This document shows positions 49,435 through 60,415 of a stretch of DNA of 64,000 bases, piece after piece; position 1 is the first letter of the stretch; each line of letters begins with the position of its first letter. The stretch spans positions 288,001 through 352,000 of the forward strand of contig CAVSCK010000005.1 of NCBI GenBank assembly GCA_963726455.1, given 5' to 3'. The position numbers and the translations under genes were made by a program. This DNA comes from an uncultured bacterium. Lineage in GTDB: Bacteria; Zixibacteria; MSB-5A5; CAIYYT01. The notes beneath the pieces are model-generated. The model did not search any database, was not told the origin of the DNA, and saw only the letters and a program-made list of their open reading frames with translations.

Positions 49435-50484
49435 TTAATAGTTCACGTGCAACTGCACCAGATACCTGCTGGTAAACTTGCTCTGAAACCGCGGCCTCTC
49501 CAGGACGAGTGAAGGCCGCAACTCCACGAACGGCACCGGGAAAAATTCGCAGGAGAACTTGTAAAACTGGCTGACTCCGGTTCTGTTTCGCCAATCCGGA
49601 TCATAGTAGTTGTACTCGGACAAAAGGTAGACACCGTCTATCACGCGTCCTTCGAGTTGCATGTACGCCGTGCGCTGTTCATTGCCCTTGCCGACTGCGC
49701 CCGCCGCCAATAGCAACGTCAGGCGGTCGTAGCTCAGCCCGCCGAAGACTTCCTTGGCGATGGGAAAGTTTCCGTAGCCGATATTGCCGCCCTTATTCTG
49801 CGACTGCCGCCACGATAACCCAACCAGGAAATTCAACGGACCGAGACCGCCGGCCCTGAACGAATGGAAAGTGCCGACACTCTGGCCGTTGGGGCGGTAG
49901 TACTCGACCGTGATATTCGACCCGTCAAAGAAATTTCCGCCGAGCGACAGGCCGTCGACTGACGGCTGCGGCAGTATCTGCGGCACGGTTTCGATGTATT
50001 CGTTGTGGTCGGCATCACGCAATCCGAATGCCGGGAAGAACTCGCCCGCCTTGATCCAATACTTGTCCCCCTTCAGCTTGAGCAGCAGGAAACTCTCGCG
50101 GAAGGTGCCGGGCGAAAAAGTAAGATTGAACGTCGTATGCTTCAGCATTTCCAGCGACAAATAGAAATCTGACTGCATTCTGAAGAATGACAGATTCTTC
50201 TCGTAAAGCAATCGATAGTCGACGCCGTAGGTGACATTGTCGGTCAAACGCGAAGTGGCCTTGTAGTCCCCCAGCAGACTCCTGGTTTGCTGCAGCGCCA
50301 GTTCGTTGTACGCAGTGGCATGGCCGAACTCGTTGCGCATGCCGCCGCCGTTGGGGCTGACATGGCACTTGATACATGGCGCGCCATGCTCGGTGGCCAA
50401 TCGTGGCAGACTGTGAATTGACAGCGACAACATTAGGACGAACAGTGCGCCCGCCGCTGCGATCATTCTCAAATGCACTTTCAT
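49435..50484 (-). CDS. Outer-membrane barrel protein with N-terminal CxxCH haem-binding motif
   Basis: Signal peptide; LPRLA..HGAPCIKCHVSPNGGGMRNEFG; amphipathic beta strands; C-terminal QLHVNY. Confidence 0.65.
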   Translation of the reverse strand: MKVHLRMIAAAGALFVLMLSLSIHSLPRLATEHGAPCIKCHVSPNGGGMRNEFGHATAYNELALQQTRSLLGDYKATSRLTDNVTYGVDYRLLYEKNLSFFRMQSDFYLSLEMLKHTTFNLTFSPGTFRESFLLLKLKGDKYWIKAGEFFPAFGLRDADHNEYIETVPQILPQPSVDGLSLGGNFFDGSNITVEYYRPNGQSVGTFHSFRAGGLGPLNFLVGLSWRQSQNKGGNIGYGNFPIAKEVFGGLSYDRLTLLLAAGAVGKGNEQRTAYMQLEGRVIDGVYLLSEYNYYDPDWRNRTGVSQFYKFSCEFFPVPFVELRPSLVLERPRFQSKFTSRYLVQLHVNY

Positions 50485-50759
50485 AAGTTACCTACCGCCT
50501 TTGCTGAGGTTAACCCCGCTATTGACGCCATGGGCGCCGGAATTGTGCCTGAATAATATCTCAGAATTAATACGCCGATCAACGTTTAAAATTTAGTAGC
50601 GGCTGCGGCCGGGGAATTTGCGCTTGCCAATCTGGCAACCTAAATGGATATTTACTGTTCAGACGTTCCCGGCGGCAACCGTAGAAGTATAATGATCGTA
50701 TCTAAGTCTATGCCGACCGAGCCACTAATTCGAAAGCTTCTTTGATTTCCGGAGGAATG

Positions 50760-52172
50760 ATGAAACAACTTTTCCTGATCGCCGGCATCCTGTCGGCGCT
50801 AATGATCGCCGCATGTACGCAGGCGCCCAAAGAGATTACGGCTACCGCTTATGTCGAGCCGGCTGAGATGCAGGCCTGCACCGATTCCGTCGAAGCGTTT
50901 GCCGCTGCGATGGGACCGAATGCTACATTTGAGGGCTACCAGGCAATCTACGAACATTTCCTGCAGTCCAACCCCACGTCCACGGTTCTGCATCGCGACT
51001 ATCAGTCGCTGTTTGATGGCTACGACAAGAGCGATCTCAAGGTCGCGTACTATAAGCAGCTTGCCGAGAAAAATCCGCAATCGGCAACTTACGCCTACCT
51101 CTATGGTCGTTGCTTGAATGGCGACGAAACGGAAAAGTGGTTCCGCAAAGCCGTCGAACTCGATCCCAAATACTATTGGGGCAATTTCGGCCTTGCTTCG
51201 CGGCTCGCCTCCAAGGCCGCTCCTGACACGACGGCTGCCATCGACTACTTGAACAAAGCGATTGCGATAGACAATTCAAACCCGCTGGCCTTTCAGCTAC
51301 TGGCGACCATTTACCTGCAGCGGGATGATTATACCAACGCTCTGAAATTCGCCGATATGTTTGCCACGGCGCTGCCGAATGAAACGCAGCCGCTCAAACT
51401 CAAGACCGATATTAGCATTGCCAAAGGTGACTATCCCGGCGCGATTGCGTCGCAGCGGAAACTGATCGGACTTGCCAAGGGTAATTCCGGCAGCGGCTGG
51501 TTTGATCTCGCCAAACTGTTCCTGAATTCCGGGCAGAATGATTCGGCACTAAGCGCAATCAGCAGCGCTGCCGACGCCGGTTTTGCCGACTACCGTCGTC
51601 TGGAAAGGGCGCCGATCTTTGCGCCGGTGCGGTCACTACCCAATTACGCGGAAGTTAGCAAGAAAGTGGAAGCCGCCGCAACACAGGAACGCAATCTGCG
51701 GCTCGCCGTGTTGAAAGATAGTACCGACGTCTTCAAGTCCAGAGCGCTGGCGCAGAAGCTTGATGTCCCGGCGCCGGCGTTTTCGTTCACGAATCTCGAA
51801 GGCAAGACCGTGTCATTGGCCGGCCTCAAAGGGAAAGTGGTCGTCATCGACTTCTGGGCGACCTGGTGCGGCCCTTGCCGGATGACGATGCCGCTGCTGC
51901 AGGAATTTGTCGATCGCAAACCGGCCGGAGTCGAATACCTGGCGATGGACGTCTGGGAGCGCGACACCAGTCTGGTGCGGCCGTTCATCGCCGATCAGGG
52001 TTACAATTTCAACGTACTCTATGGCGACCAGAATATCGCCACCCAATACGGTGTGCAGGGCATTCCGACCATGTTCGTAATCGACAAGAACGGCGTGATT
52101 CGTTACCAACACGTCGGCTACGAACCATTGACCGACCAGACACTGGCCTGGGAAACCGAATCACTGTTGTAA
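50760..52172 (+). CDS. TPR + TlpA/redoxin-domain lipoprotein
   Basis: Lipobox MIAAC; TPRs; APAFSF.NLEGK.VSL..LKGKVVVIDFWATWCGPC; GIPT.FVIDK.G. Confidence 0.87.
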   Translation: MKQLFLIAGILSALMIAACTQAPKEITATAYVEPAEMQACTDSVEAFAAAMGPNATFEGYQAIYEHFLQSNPTSTVLHRDYQSLFDGYDKSDLKVAYYKQLAEKNPQSATYAYLYGRCLNGDETEKWFRKAVELDPKYYWGNFGLASRLASKAAPDTTAAIDYLNKAIAIDNSNPLAFQLLATIYLQRDDYTNALKFADMFATALPNETQPLKLKTDISIAKGDYPGAIASQRKLIGLAKGNSGSGWFDLAKLFLNSGQNDSALSAISSAADAGFADYRRLERAPIFAPVRSLPNYAEVSKKVEAAATQERNLRLAVLKDSTDVFKSRALAQKLDVPAPAFSFTNLEGKTVSLAGLKGKVVVIDFWATWCGPCRMTMPLLQEFVDRKPAGVEYLAMDVWERDTSLVRPFIADQGYNFNVLYGDQNIATQYGVQGIPTMFVIDKNGVIRYQHVGYEPLTDQTLAWETESLL

Positions 52173-52201
52173 TTCGATTGTTTTGAGGGGCTAAAATGAT
52201 C

Positions 52202-52227
52202 AAGGGCGAGTCACCGACTCGCCCTTT
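52202..52227 (+). terminator. Hairpin terminator / REP-like
   Basis: AAGGGCGAGTC-acc-GACTCGCCCTTT. Confidence 0.55.
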
Positions 52228-52379
52228 CGTTATGCGGAAATCTGTACGCCGTTCAATTGTTGAGTCAGGTCCTGCCCTCTGTTCCTTCAGTGCCCGTCTC
52301 TCAACTGTTGCGTCAGGTCTTGCCGTTCGACTCGTCCCGCGAGGCGAACGGTGTGACCTGACGCGTCTCTACTTCAGCC

Positions 52380-54982
52380 CTACTCCTGCGGCGCCCCCAC
52401 TGTCGCCAGCACATAATTCGTCGTATCGAAATACTTCTGCGCAACACGTCTCACGTCGTCCTTGGTCACTTTCTTGAGCGCACCAATCAAATCATCTTCG
52501 ACATCGTACTTGCCGGTCAGGAATTGATTCACCGCCATATAATACGCCTGATTGATCCGCGACAATCTTGAGGTCAACAGCGATCCCCAGAGCGAATTGG
52601 TGGCGCGTTCCAATTCCTCCGGCGCGATATCGAATGACCGCAGCGAATCGATCTCATGCAGCATGCCGGCCTTGGCCTTCTTATAGTTGTCAACGCCGGT
52701 GCCGATCGCGCAACTATACCACCCGAAATTCCGGTCAAACGACACCCCGGCTCCGAGTCGGTAGGCCAAACCCTGCTTCTCCCGCAGATCATCCGCCAGC
52801 CGCTTCGAAAGAATTTCGATCGCCACGCGTAGCGGCACCACATCGGGATCGGATGCGTTGCAGACTTTGCCGCCGAGATAGAAATAGGTCTGCTTCTTTT
52901 CCATCGGGATATTCTGCGTCACTTCACCCGTGACTGTCACCGGTGCGGCAACAGTTGCCTTCGTCAGTTCTGTCTGCTTCATGTCGCCAAAGGCCGCCGA
53001 CAATTTCTGGTACATCATCTCCGGATCCATATCGGTACAAACCGACAGGATCAGATTATTGGGTGCGTAATATTTCCGGTGATACTCTTTCAGATCAGCC
53101 GTCGTAATGGCTTTGACGGACGCCATCGTTCCCGTTTCCGGATTTGTGTACGAAGTGCCCTTGAATAGCAAATCAAAATATTCGTCACGCGCGCGTTGAT
53201 AGGTTGAACCCGTCTTCATACCCAACACTTGCAGCATGTCGCCCCTGGCCTGTTCGACCTCGGCCTCTGGAAACGTGGGATTCTTAATCATCTCCGCCAG
53301 CAAATCAATTCCCTGGTCGGTGAAATCCTTGATCGTCTCGAATTTGACGAACGAATACAGTCGCGAAGTATAGATGTCGTCATAGGGAATCATTGGATCG
53401 TCGGTGTAGGTCAGATGCGCGCCGATTGCCGTCAGTTTCTGCGTAATCGCATTCTTGTCATACTTGGCGGTTCCGCGGGACAACATGCGGTTCACGAAAT
53501 CAGTGATCCCGGCCTTGCCCTCCGGCTCCGAGGCGGCGCGGTCCTTGCCCAACACCATAAATGCTTGCACTTCCGAATAAGGATTCGACTTGATAATGAC
53601 TTGAAGGCCGTTGGGCAGAGCGCGGTCCAGATATTTGCTCTTGATCTGCGTTTCCGTTGCCGACTCGGTCTGCTTCACTGGCGTCGCCACCGCCGCGACA
53701 TAGTTGTATGTCTTGAAATATTTTGCCGCCACGCGCTTGACATCGGCGGTCTTCACCTTGGCCAGATTCGCATTCAGGTTGTCGACAAATTCGTAACCGG
53801 TCGAGACCAGCGTCGGCGCAACCATGATACCGTAATAATGCAGTTTCTCCCGCATGTAGATTTCCTGCGTCTTGGCGCTGACGACGATCGCATCGATATC
53901 GGCCTGGGTCGGCTCCCATGATTGCAGCGTCTTCTCCATCGTCTCATTGACCGAACTGATAATCCGGTCGACGTTCGCTGCCGAATCGGTCTTGACCGCG
54001 ACATCGAAAATCGTGAAATCCTTCTGTAACGTGATCGACGTCGACGCGCTTTGCGCAAGCGGGTTGTCCCCGGATGTCAGTGCCTTCAGTAACGGCGAGG
54101 TCGCGTCCGAATTCATCAACTCATTGAAAATATAGAAGGCAAAATAGTCGGGATCCGAATACAGCGGCCCGGCCGAGGCAAAATCCAGATGCGACGCCTT
54201 GGAGTCGAGCTCTTTTCTGACGATCTTCTTTTCATTCGGAATTGACACCTTGAACGCCGGCACCGGTGGCACCTGTCTGGGCGCTGCATTGCCGAAATAC
54301 TGTTTATACTTCTTGATAAACTCCTGAGTGTTGAAGTCACCCATCACCAGCGCCACCATATTGTTCGGCGCGTAATAGGTCTGGTAATAGTTCATCAACT
54401 CTTCGCGGGTGACCGTGTTGATCAAATTCTCATATCCCAGCACCGGACGCGCATATGGCGTACCCGCATACACCGTCGCGTCATAGAATTTTTCAAACGC
54501 GTTGTCGGGTCGTCATCACTCTGCCTGATCTCCTCGATCACGATCTTCCGTTCCTTCGGAAATCGGTCGTCAGGCAGAATCGAATTGAAGAGCTGATCCG
54601 ATTGGACATCAAGTCCGTAGTCAATGTACTGCGTCGGCATCAACACCAGGTAACCGGTCAGTTCCTTCCGCGTAAAGGCATTGATGTAACCGCCGTGGCG
54701 TTCGATCGCATCATCCAGTTGTTCCTGTGTTTTGGTCTTGGTGCCGTCAAATAGCAGGTGTTCGAGGAAATGCGTCGAACCGTTGTTGAACTCATTTTCA
54801 TAACGGGCGCCCGCGTTGACGAATACAATCGAGGCAATCATCGGCGAGGAGTGATTCTCCACCAGGATAACCTGCATGCCGTTGTCGAGCGTCACTCTGG
54901 TTGACGGCAATCCGGCATAGGCCATGCCGCTTAGCAGAGAAACCAGAATAGCTGTCAGGATCAACTGTAGTCGCAATTTCAT
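52380..54982 (-). CDS. Exported M16 (pitrilysin/insulinase family) zinc peptidase, frameshift at ~54507-54509
   Basis: HFLEHLLF.GT inverted zinc motif, NAFT, ERKIVIEE; adding one base gives DDPDNAFEKFYDATVYAG; LREKQGLAY. Confidence 0.88.
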
Positions 54983-55109
54983 TCACTAGCTCCTTGAGTA
55001 TTCATTGTTTATCAGCGGAAATGAAGCCGGACAATGTGTACCTGTCAAGGCATTAGTGCAGCCGATGACGTCTGGCGGTTCTGCAAAGGGTTGGTCAAGT
55101 ACGGTGTGG

Positions 55110-55667
55110 CTACTTCGTGCGCGTTTTCAACGCCAGCTTGAACTTGGGATCAAAACGTGACGGCGAGCACTTGCCGCACGACGCCGAAATCAGCCGTTTG
55201 CGGCGTGGGTACTCAGTCTTGCACACCCGGCAATAGTAAATATAGCGCGGCGGCAACTTCAGACTCTTATGTGCCTTTGCCTTGTATGACGCGCCGATTC
55301 GCTGGGCTTCCTTGCGGAAATCGGAATCATGGTTGAAGAAAATTATGTGCACCATCTCGTGCTTGAGCGTGTCATCAATATCCTGCGGAAATATTTCGTG
55401 ATAACGCCGCGACAGCACGATCTCCTGCCGATTGCGAACATACAAGCCGGCGGCCAGCAAACGATCGGAATAGCGGATGCGCGGCGTGGGCAGCTTGCCG
55501 GCAAAGAACTGAATATTGTATTGACGAAAGCGGTTGTACAGATCAGTCAATGTCGGCAATAACCCCCGGTCGGTCTTTTCCTCCTGCGGCAGTTCAACTT
55601 CCACCGGTTGCGAGAACAAGTCCAGCATCGTGGGCGCCACCCGGGCAGCCATTTTTTTCCTGTTCAT
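55110..55667 (-). CDS. SprT-like domain protein with C-terminal Zn ribbon
   Basis: TLKHEMVH, H...F; YYCRVC...SCGKC; start codon uncertain. Confidence 0.8.
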   Translation of the reverse strand: MNRKKMAARVAPTMLDLFSQPVEVELPQEEKTDRGLLPTLTDLYNRFRQYNIQFFAGKLPTPRIRYSDRLLAAGLYVRNRQEIVLSRRYHEIFPQDIDDTLKHEMVHIIFFNHDSDFRKEAQRIGASYKAKAHKSLKLPPRYIYYCRVCKTEYPRRKRLISASCGKCSPSRFDPKFKLALKTRTK

Positions 55668-55714
55668 GGTTCGCGAAGTTATGTAGTTTAAACCGATTCG
55701 CAAGTGGAGGATTT

Positions 55715-57052
55715 ATGCGCCAGATCGTGATCGTCTTGGCCACCGTCGGCCTGGTTTTGGCCGCGTCGTGCGCCCAACAATACCATCCTGATCATCAGAC
55801 CATATACGTATCGGCTACGTCCAAAGCGCCGGGCGATGGCTCCTTTGTGAATCCCTTTGCGGACTTGCAGCAGGCCATCGATAGCGCCAAGTCCGGCGAT
55901 GAAATTGTTGTGCTGCCAGGCACTTACACGGCCACGCCTGCGGCCTATGCGGAAGATCTCTGCGGCAACTGTCTCGAGCCCCGTACGACGGTCGCCGCAA
56001 CGCGAGGGTTTTTGATTGCAGAGAAGGCGCTGACAATCACCGGAGTCAATCCCGATTCGGTTATCCTGTCGACCGGGGCCGGATACGGCGTGTTATTTCT
56101 GAATAGCTGGGGATCGACAGTCACCGGTTGCCAAATCACCGGCGGCGTGCGCGACAAGGACGGCAGCGCCACCGATGCCGGCGTTGTTGCCAAGTTCTCG
56201 CGAGTAACCATCCGCAACTGCAAAATCATTAACAACGAGTATCGCGATACTACCGTGGTGGTCGGAATCGGCGGAGTCTTCGGCCGCGAAGGTTCGGAAT
56301 TGTTTATCGAAGGTAACGAAATCTACAACAACGGCTGGGACGGCATCGCTCTGTATCGCGGCGCCAAGGCCTTCATCGCCGACAACCGCATTGACAAAGG
56401 ACGCGGGGCCGGCATCGGCATCACCTGGGATGCTCAGGCAACCGTACTCCGCAACCGCATCAGCCATTATTGGAAAGGCATCGGCAGCTTCGGCACTTCT
56501 CGCGCGGTGGTGCGCAATAACATCGTGCAGGACTGTCTCGGCTGGGGCGTGATCGCCACCGGCACTTCATTCATGGAAGCGACCAATAACCTGATTTACC
56601 GCAACGGCAACTGCGGCTTTGCCAACTGGGGTGATCGTGCCGACACATTGGGTCCGCGCGGAGTGTTCGTCAACAACATCGTTTACAACAACGGCTGGCG
56701 GGATGAGTGGGTCTGTCCCTGCGTCGGTGTCTGGATGCTCGGCAATCCGTCCGATTTTGTAATTGCCAACAACGATGTCTTCGTCGATTCGTCACTCGTA
56801 TTCAACGAACGTGTAAACGCCAATGTTCGCAAGGATCCGCAGAAACCAAAATACAAAGCCAACTACGAAGAGATTCGCGACCTCGCCGGCAGGTCCGGCA
56901 ACCTATCCGTCAACCCGAAATTCGCCGACACCCTTGACTTCCACCTGCTCCCCGACTCCCCTCTGATCAATGCCGGCGATTCTGTACTCACCGACCTCGA
57001 CGGTTCCCGTTCCGACATCGGCCCCCACGGTGGCTCCTCCGCCCACAAGTAA
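55715..57052 (+). CDS. Right-handed parallel beta-helix lipoprotein (DUF1565/NosD-like)
   Basis: GGAGG RBS; lipobox LAASC; IYVS...GDGS..NPF..LQQAID; N-ladder repeats; DFHL...SP.INAG..DIG..GG. Confidence 0.8.
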   Translation: MRQIVIVLATVGLVLAASCAQQYHPDHQTIYVSATSKAPGDGSFVNPFADLQQAIDSAKSGDEIVVLPGTYTATPAAYAEDLCGNCLEPRTTVAATRGFLIAEKALTITGVNPDSVILSTGAGYGVLFLNSWGSTVTGCQITGGVRDKDGSATDAGVVAKFSRVTIRNCKIINNEYRDTTVVVGIGGVFGREGSELFIEGNEIYNNGWDGIALYRGAKAFIADNRIDKGRGAGIGITWDAQATVLRNRISHYWKGIGSFGTSRAVVRNNIVQDCLGWGVIATGTSFMEATNNLIYRNGNCGFANWGDRADTLGPRGVFVNNIVYNNGWRDEWVCPCVGVWMLGNPSDFVIANNDVFVDSSLVFNERVNANVRKDPQKPKYKANYEEIRDLAGRSGNLSVNPKFADTLDFHLLPDSPLINAGDSVLTDLDGSRSDIGPHGGSSAHK

Positions 57053-57308
57053 CTACACCCACTAACTATTTGTGGCCGTGCCTCTTAACCGGCCGACCCC
57101 GATAGTGTGGTGCCCTTGCTTTATTTTCACAATAGATACTTGCTTTCTAAGTCCCCGTTTACGACCTTGCGATTGCCATTTCATCCGTAATAGACATCAA
57201 CGTGGGGCCGGCAAACATTCTTGAAGTGAGCGAATCCGTGGGAGAAGCGACGCTCTCGTGTAAGTAATGTCGCCTGACAATCCGAGTCAGTTCGGACAGG
57301 AGGAATCT

Positions 57309-58514
57309 ATGAAATCAAAGTGGGCAGTCTGGGTAATCTCTTTCTGCATTATTGTGGCGGCGGTTTCGCTGCTGGGTCAAATGGCTCCGCCGGGGAAAAT
57401 GGTCGACTACGACAAATTGTCACAGCGAATGGTCGGCCAATGCGCCGGGATCAAGGAAGGAGAAATAGTCAGCATTTACGGCAACGTACGTGACATGCCG
57501 TTGTTGGAGAATCTCGCGGTTCAGGTGCGCAAGGCGGGTGCGTTCCCGCTGCTTCTCGTCGGCAGCGATGACTTGGGAAGGCGCCTGATCGTCGACGTGC
57601 CGGAGAAATACGATTCACAAGCGCCGCGTCTCGATCTCAAGCTTGCGGAATTTGTCGACGCAGCTTTGATACTTGATTGGGGCAGCGACCCTTCGCGGAA
57701 TGCGGATATCCCTGGTCAGCGGCTGGAGGCACTAAACAAGGCGTCGGCTCCGGTGTTTGATGTCTATGCGAAACGCGGAATCCGCGCCGTCAATCTTGGT
57801 AACGGGATGTATCCTTCTTCCTATAACGCCGCACTATACGGCATGACCGTGGAAAATCTCAGCAAACTATTCTGGGATGCGGTGAATCTCGACTACACGC
57901 AGATTCAATCAGTCGGCAAGACCGTTAGCGGGCAATTGGCGCAGGGCAAAGAAGTCAGAATCACAAATCCAAACGGAACCGACCTTAAGTTTCAGATTGC
58001 CGGGCGACCGGTCATAATCAGCGATGGCGTCATCTCTGCGGAAGACCAACAGCGCGGTTTTGCTGCTACACAAGTTTACCTCCCAGCGGGTGAAGTGTTC
58101 CTCACGCCGGTCCCTGGAACCGCGGAGGGTAAAGTTGTTATTGACCGCATGTGGTATTTTGGCAAAGAAATTAATGGGCTGACTTTCATTTTTAAGGCTG
58201 GCAAACTTACCGACATGACCGGCAAACCCGGCTTCGAGGTAGTAAAGGCACGTTACGATCTCGCCGGCCAAGGCAAGGATGAATTCGCTTTCGTCGATGT
58301 CGGCATCAATCCCAAAATGAGTATTCCTGAAGGTAGCAAGCTTCAGAATTGGACGGTGCCGGGAATGATTTCCATCGGCGTTGGCGGCAACGTATGGGCC
58401 GGAGGAACCAACACTTGTCCGTACGGCCTCTCCGGCTTTCTGCCGGGAAGCACCTTGAAAATCGACGGGAAACCGCTCGTGGAATTGGGCAAACTGAAAG
58501 CCGCAGAGATCTAG
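57309..58514 (+). CDS. Exported M29 aminopeptidase-like protein, metal ligands partly lost
   Basis: G..VRIT.PNGTDL.F.I.GR, LPAGEVF..P, GKVVID; C-terminal HxAxG and HxD motifs not present. Confidence 0.7.
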   Translation: MKSKWAVWVISFCIIVAAVSLLGQMAPPGKMVDYDKLSQRMVGQCAGIKEGEIVSIYGNVRDMPLLENLAVQVRKAGAFPLLLVGSDDLGRRLIVDVPEKYDSQAPRLDLKLAEFVDAALILDWGSDPSRNADIPGQRLEALNKASAPVFDVYAKRGIRAVNLGNGMYPSSYNAALYGMTVENLSKLFWDAVNLDYTQIQSVGKTVSGQLAQGKEVRITNPNGTDLKFQIAGRPVIISDGVISAEDQQRGFAATQVYLPAGEVFLTPVPGTAEGKVVIDRMWYFGKEINGLTFIFKAGKLTDMTGKPGFEVVKARYDLAGQGKDEFAFVDVGINPKMSIPEGSKLQNWTVPGMISIGVGGNVWAGGTNTCPYGLSGFLPGSTLKIDGKPLVELGKLKAAEI

Positions 58515-59345
58515 AGTTAGTCGCTTCTCCTCTCGGGTTTTTTTCCTTTATTCACTGCCAAGCGGGCGTGCCTTGCCCTGCACCCGCGTTATTGCACGCC
58601 ACATTTCACTCTCGTTCTTTACACCAACCTTCTGCACTGCAACCACTTCCTTCTAAACAAGCCCAAGAAATGCCCATGGACTTCCGAGTATACGTTTCAA
58701 CCTCGGACATAAGTAGAGAGGGTGCTGTCGCCGCTCTGACGGAGGTGTGACCCAGGTCGCGCCGCCACAAAGTCCGATAGTCGCCAGCTCTGCGCAGAGT
58801 GACCGTGCGGGTGAGTTGCGTACGTCGTTGTATTCAACCATCCTCGGTAGGATGAACATTCCTGTTTGTCCCCCGATGATGAGTCCACCCGGTAGCCACC
58901 CGAGCTATCCCATTCTTCGGGCACGGTTTGGCCTTTTGGCATCGGGTCTATCGTACCGCGTTGCGGAAACGCAGCGCAGATTGCCGGCTGTATGATGTAC
59001 CCCACAGCTTACTGTGGGTTGTCTCCGACTACCTCAATCTGCGCCACGGCCAACGCACAACCGCCTGGCGACGCACCATGCGTAGCGCTACGCGCCTCTT
59101 ATTGAAAGGAGAGTGAACCGGAAAGCAACGGACTAATAAAGATCAGACTGAAAACCAATAGGCCGGTTCCGGCCGGCAACCGAATGTGGAAAATTGCCAC
59201 AGCGGAATGTGCCTGACTTTCTGTGACAGGCCACAAAACCCGCAAGTGGCGGCGTCCTGCCCATGTCCAATCGTATGATTGGGCAGGTACGATCAGGAGG
59301 AGCATTATTCCTATGGATGCGTGGAACTCACTTAGCGACCCAGAA

Positions 59346-60284
59346 ATGAAGTCAATCTGGCGGCTGGCCCGATACACTGTCTTGTCACTGATTCTCTTTG
59401 CGCTCGTTACCTCATTTCTATGGGGCAAAAATATTGAACTGACCTCCAAACCGGTCCCGCAGGCAGTCAAAGTGGACGGCCTGATTTCCGACTGGCCGGA
59501 AGGCGCCCTGTCCTATTTGAGCGATCAGGACATCACGGTCGGAATGTGCAACGATACGCAGAACGTCTATATCATGTTGTGCTCGCGCAAACCGGATTTC
59601 GCTCGCGTAATTCGGATGACCGGTTTGACCGTGTATCTCGACGTCACCGGCGAACGTGAAAAGAATTTCAAGCTCCGCTATTTCGGCGGTCCCACGCGCG
59701 ATCAGATTCTCGCCGTTACGGGAGAAACCGGCGGCGACTCTTCGCGCCAGATTTCCCCGGAAGCTCGCGAACGCATGCAACAGCGCGATCGAAATTACCA
59801 GCCCAAGTTCAGTTGCTACGAAAAAGATGTCATTGTCGAAAAGCCGATTCCCATGGATGGCACCGAGGGCCCGTCCGCGGCCTTCGCCGTCGACAAGGGG
59901 TTCTTTGTGTATGAATTTAGCGTACCACTTGCCACCAGCAAGGTGAGGTACTACGGATTGGGCATCCCGCCAAATCGCAAAATCGGAATCGGGTTGATTT
60001 GGGGAGAAATCAACCGCGACGAAATGCGTCAGGCGGCTTCCGACGGCGGTGGAGGGGATTTCGGCCAGGGACGGCCGCCCGGCGGGATGCCTCCCGGTGG
60101 AGTTCCCGGCGGTGGCGGTGAAGGTGGTTGGGGTGGTCGTGGTGGTGGTCATCGCGGTGGCGGCGAAGGTGAAGTAGGTGGTCGCAGCTTCCGTGGCCGA
60201 GAGCTGCCCAAGAAACAAGAAGTGTGGATGAAGGTGCAACTCGAACCACTGGCGGCCGCAACTACGCCGAGCACCGGCCAATGA
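59346..60284 (+). CDS. Hypothetical exported protein (DOMON/carbohydrate-binding-like) with Gly-rich insert
   Basis: Signal/TM segment; VDGLISDW, ND.QNVYI, YEFSVPL; GGMPPGG...GGRGGGHRGG; C-terminal W.KV.L. Confidence 0.6.
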   Translation: MKSIWRLARYTVLSLILFALVTSFLWGKNIELTSKPVPQAVKVDGLISDWPEGALSYLSDQDITVGMCNDTQNVYIMLCSRKPDFARVIRMTGLTVYLDVTGEREKNFKLRYFGGPTRDQILAVTGETGGDSSRQISPEARERMQQRDRNYQPKFSCYEKDVIVEKPIPMDGTEGPSAAFAVDKGFFVYEFSVPLATSKVRYYGLGIPPNRKIGIGLIWGEINRDEMRQAASDGGGGDFGQGRPPGGMPPGGVPGGGGEGGWGGRGGGHRGGGEGEVGGRSFRGRELPKKQEVWMKVQLEPLAAATTPSTGQ

Positions 60285-60358
60285 ATTAATGTTGGAGCGA
60301 CTTCAGTCGCGCCGCTCGAATGCGCTGCCGGCGATCACCTGCCTTTGAGACAAATCAA

Positions 60359-60391
60359 AAGGGGCGAGGAAAATTCCTCGCCCCTTACTTT
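60359..60391. terminator. Bidirectional terminator
   Basis: AAGGGGCGAGGAA-aa-TTCCTCGCCCCTT with flanking A and T tracts, between convergent genes. Confidence 0.65.
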
Positions 60392-60415
60392 TGGGCGTTC
60401 CAATTACGAATAGAA

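Noticed and set aside
60040-60200. GGT/GGC tandem repeat as a VNTR or CRISPR-like array
   Set aside because: In-frame Gly-rich low-complexity coding sequence with no repeat-spacer structure.
59418-60281. 287-aa minus-strand ORF with a Thr-rich run
   Set aside because: Mirror of the Gly-rich codons on the + strand gene.
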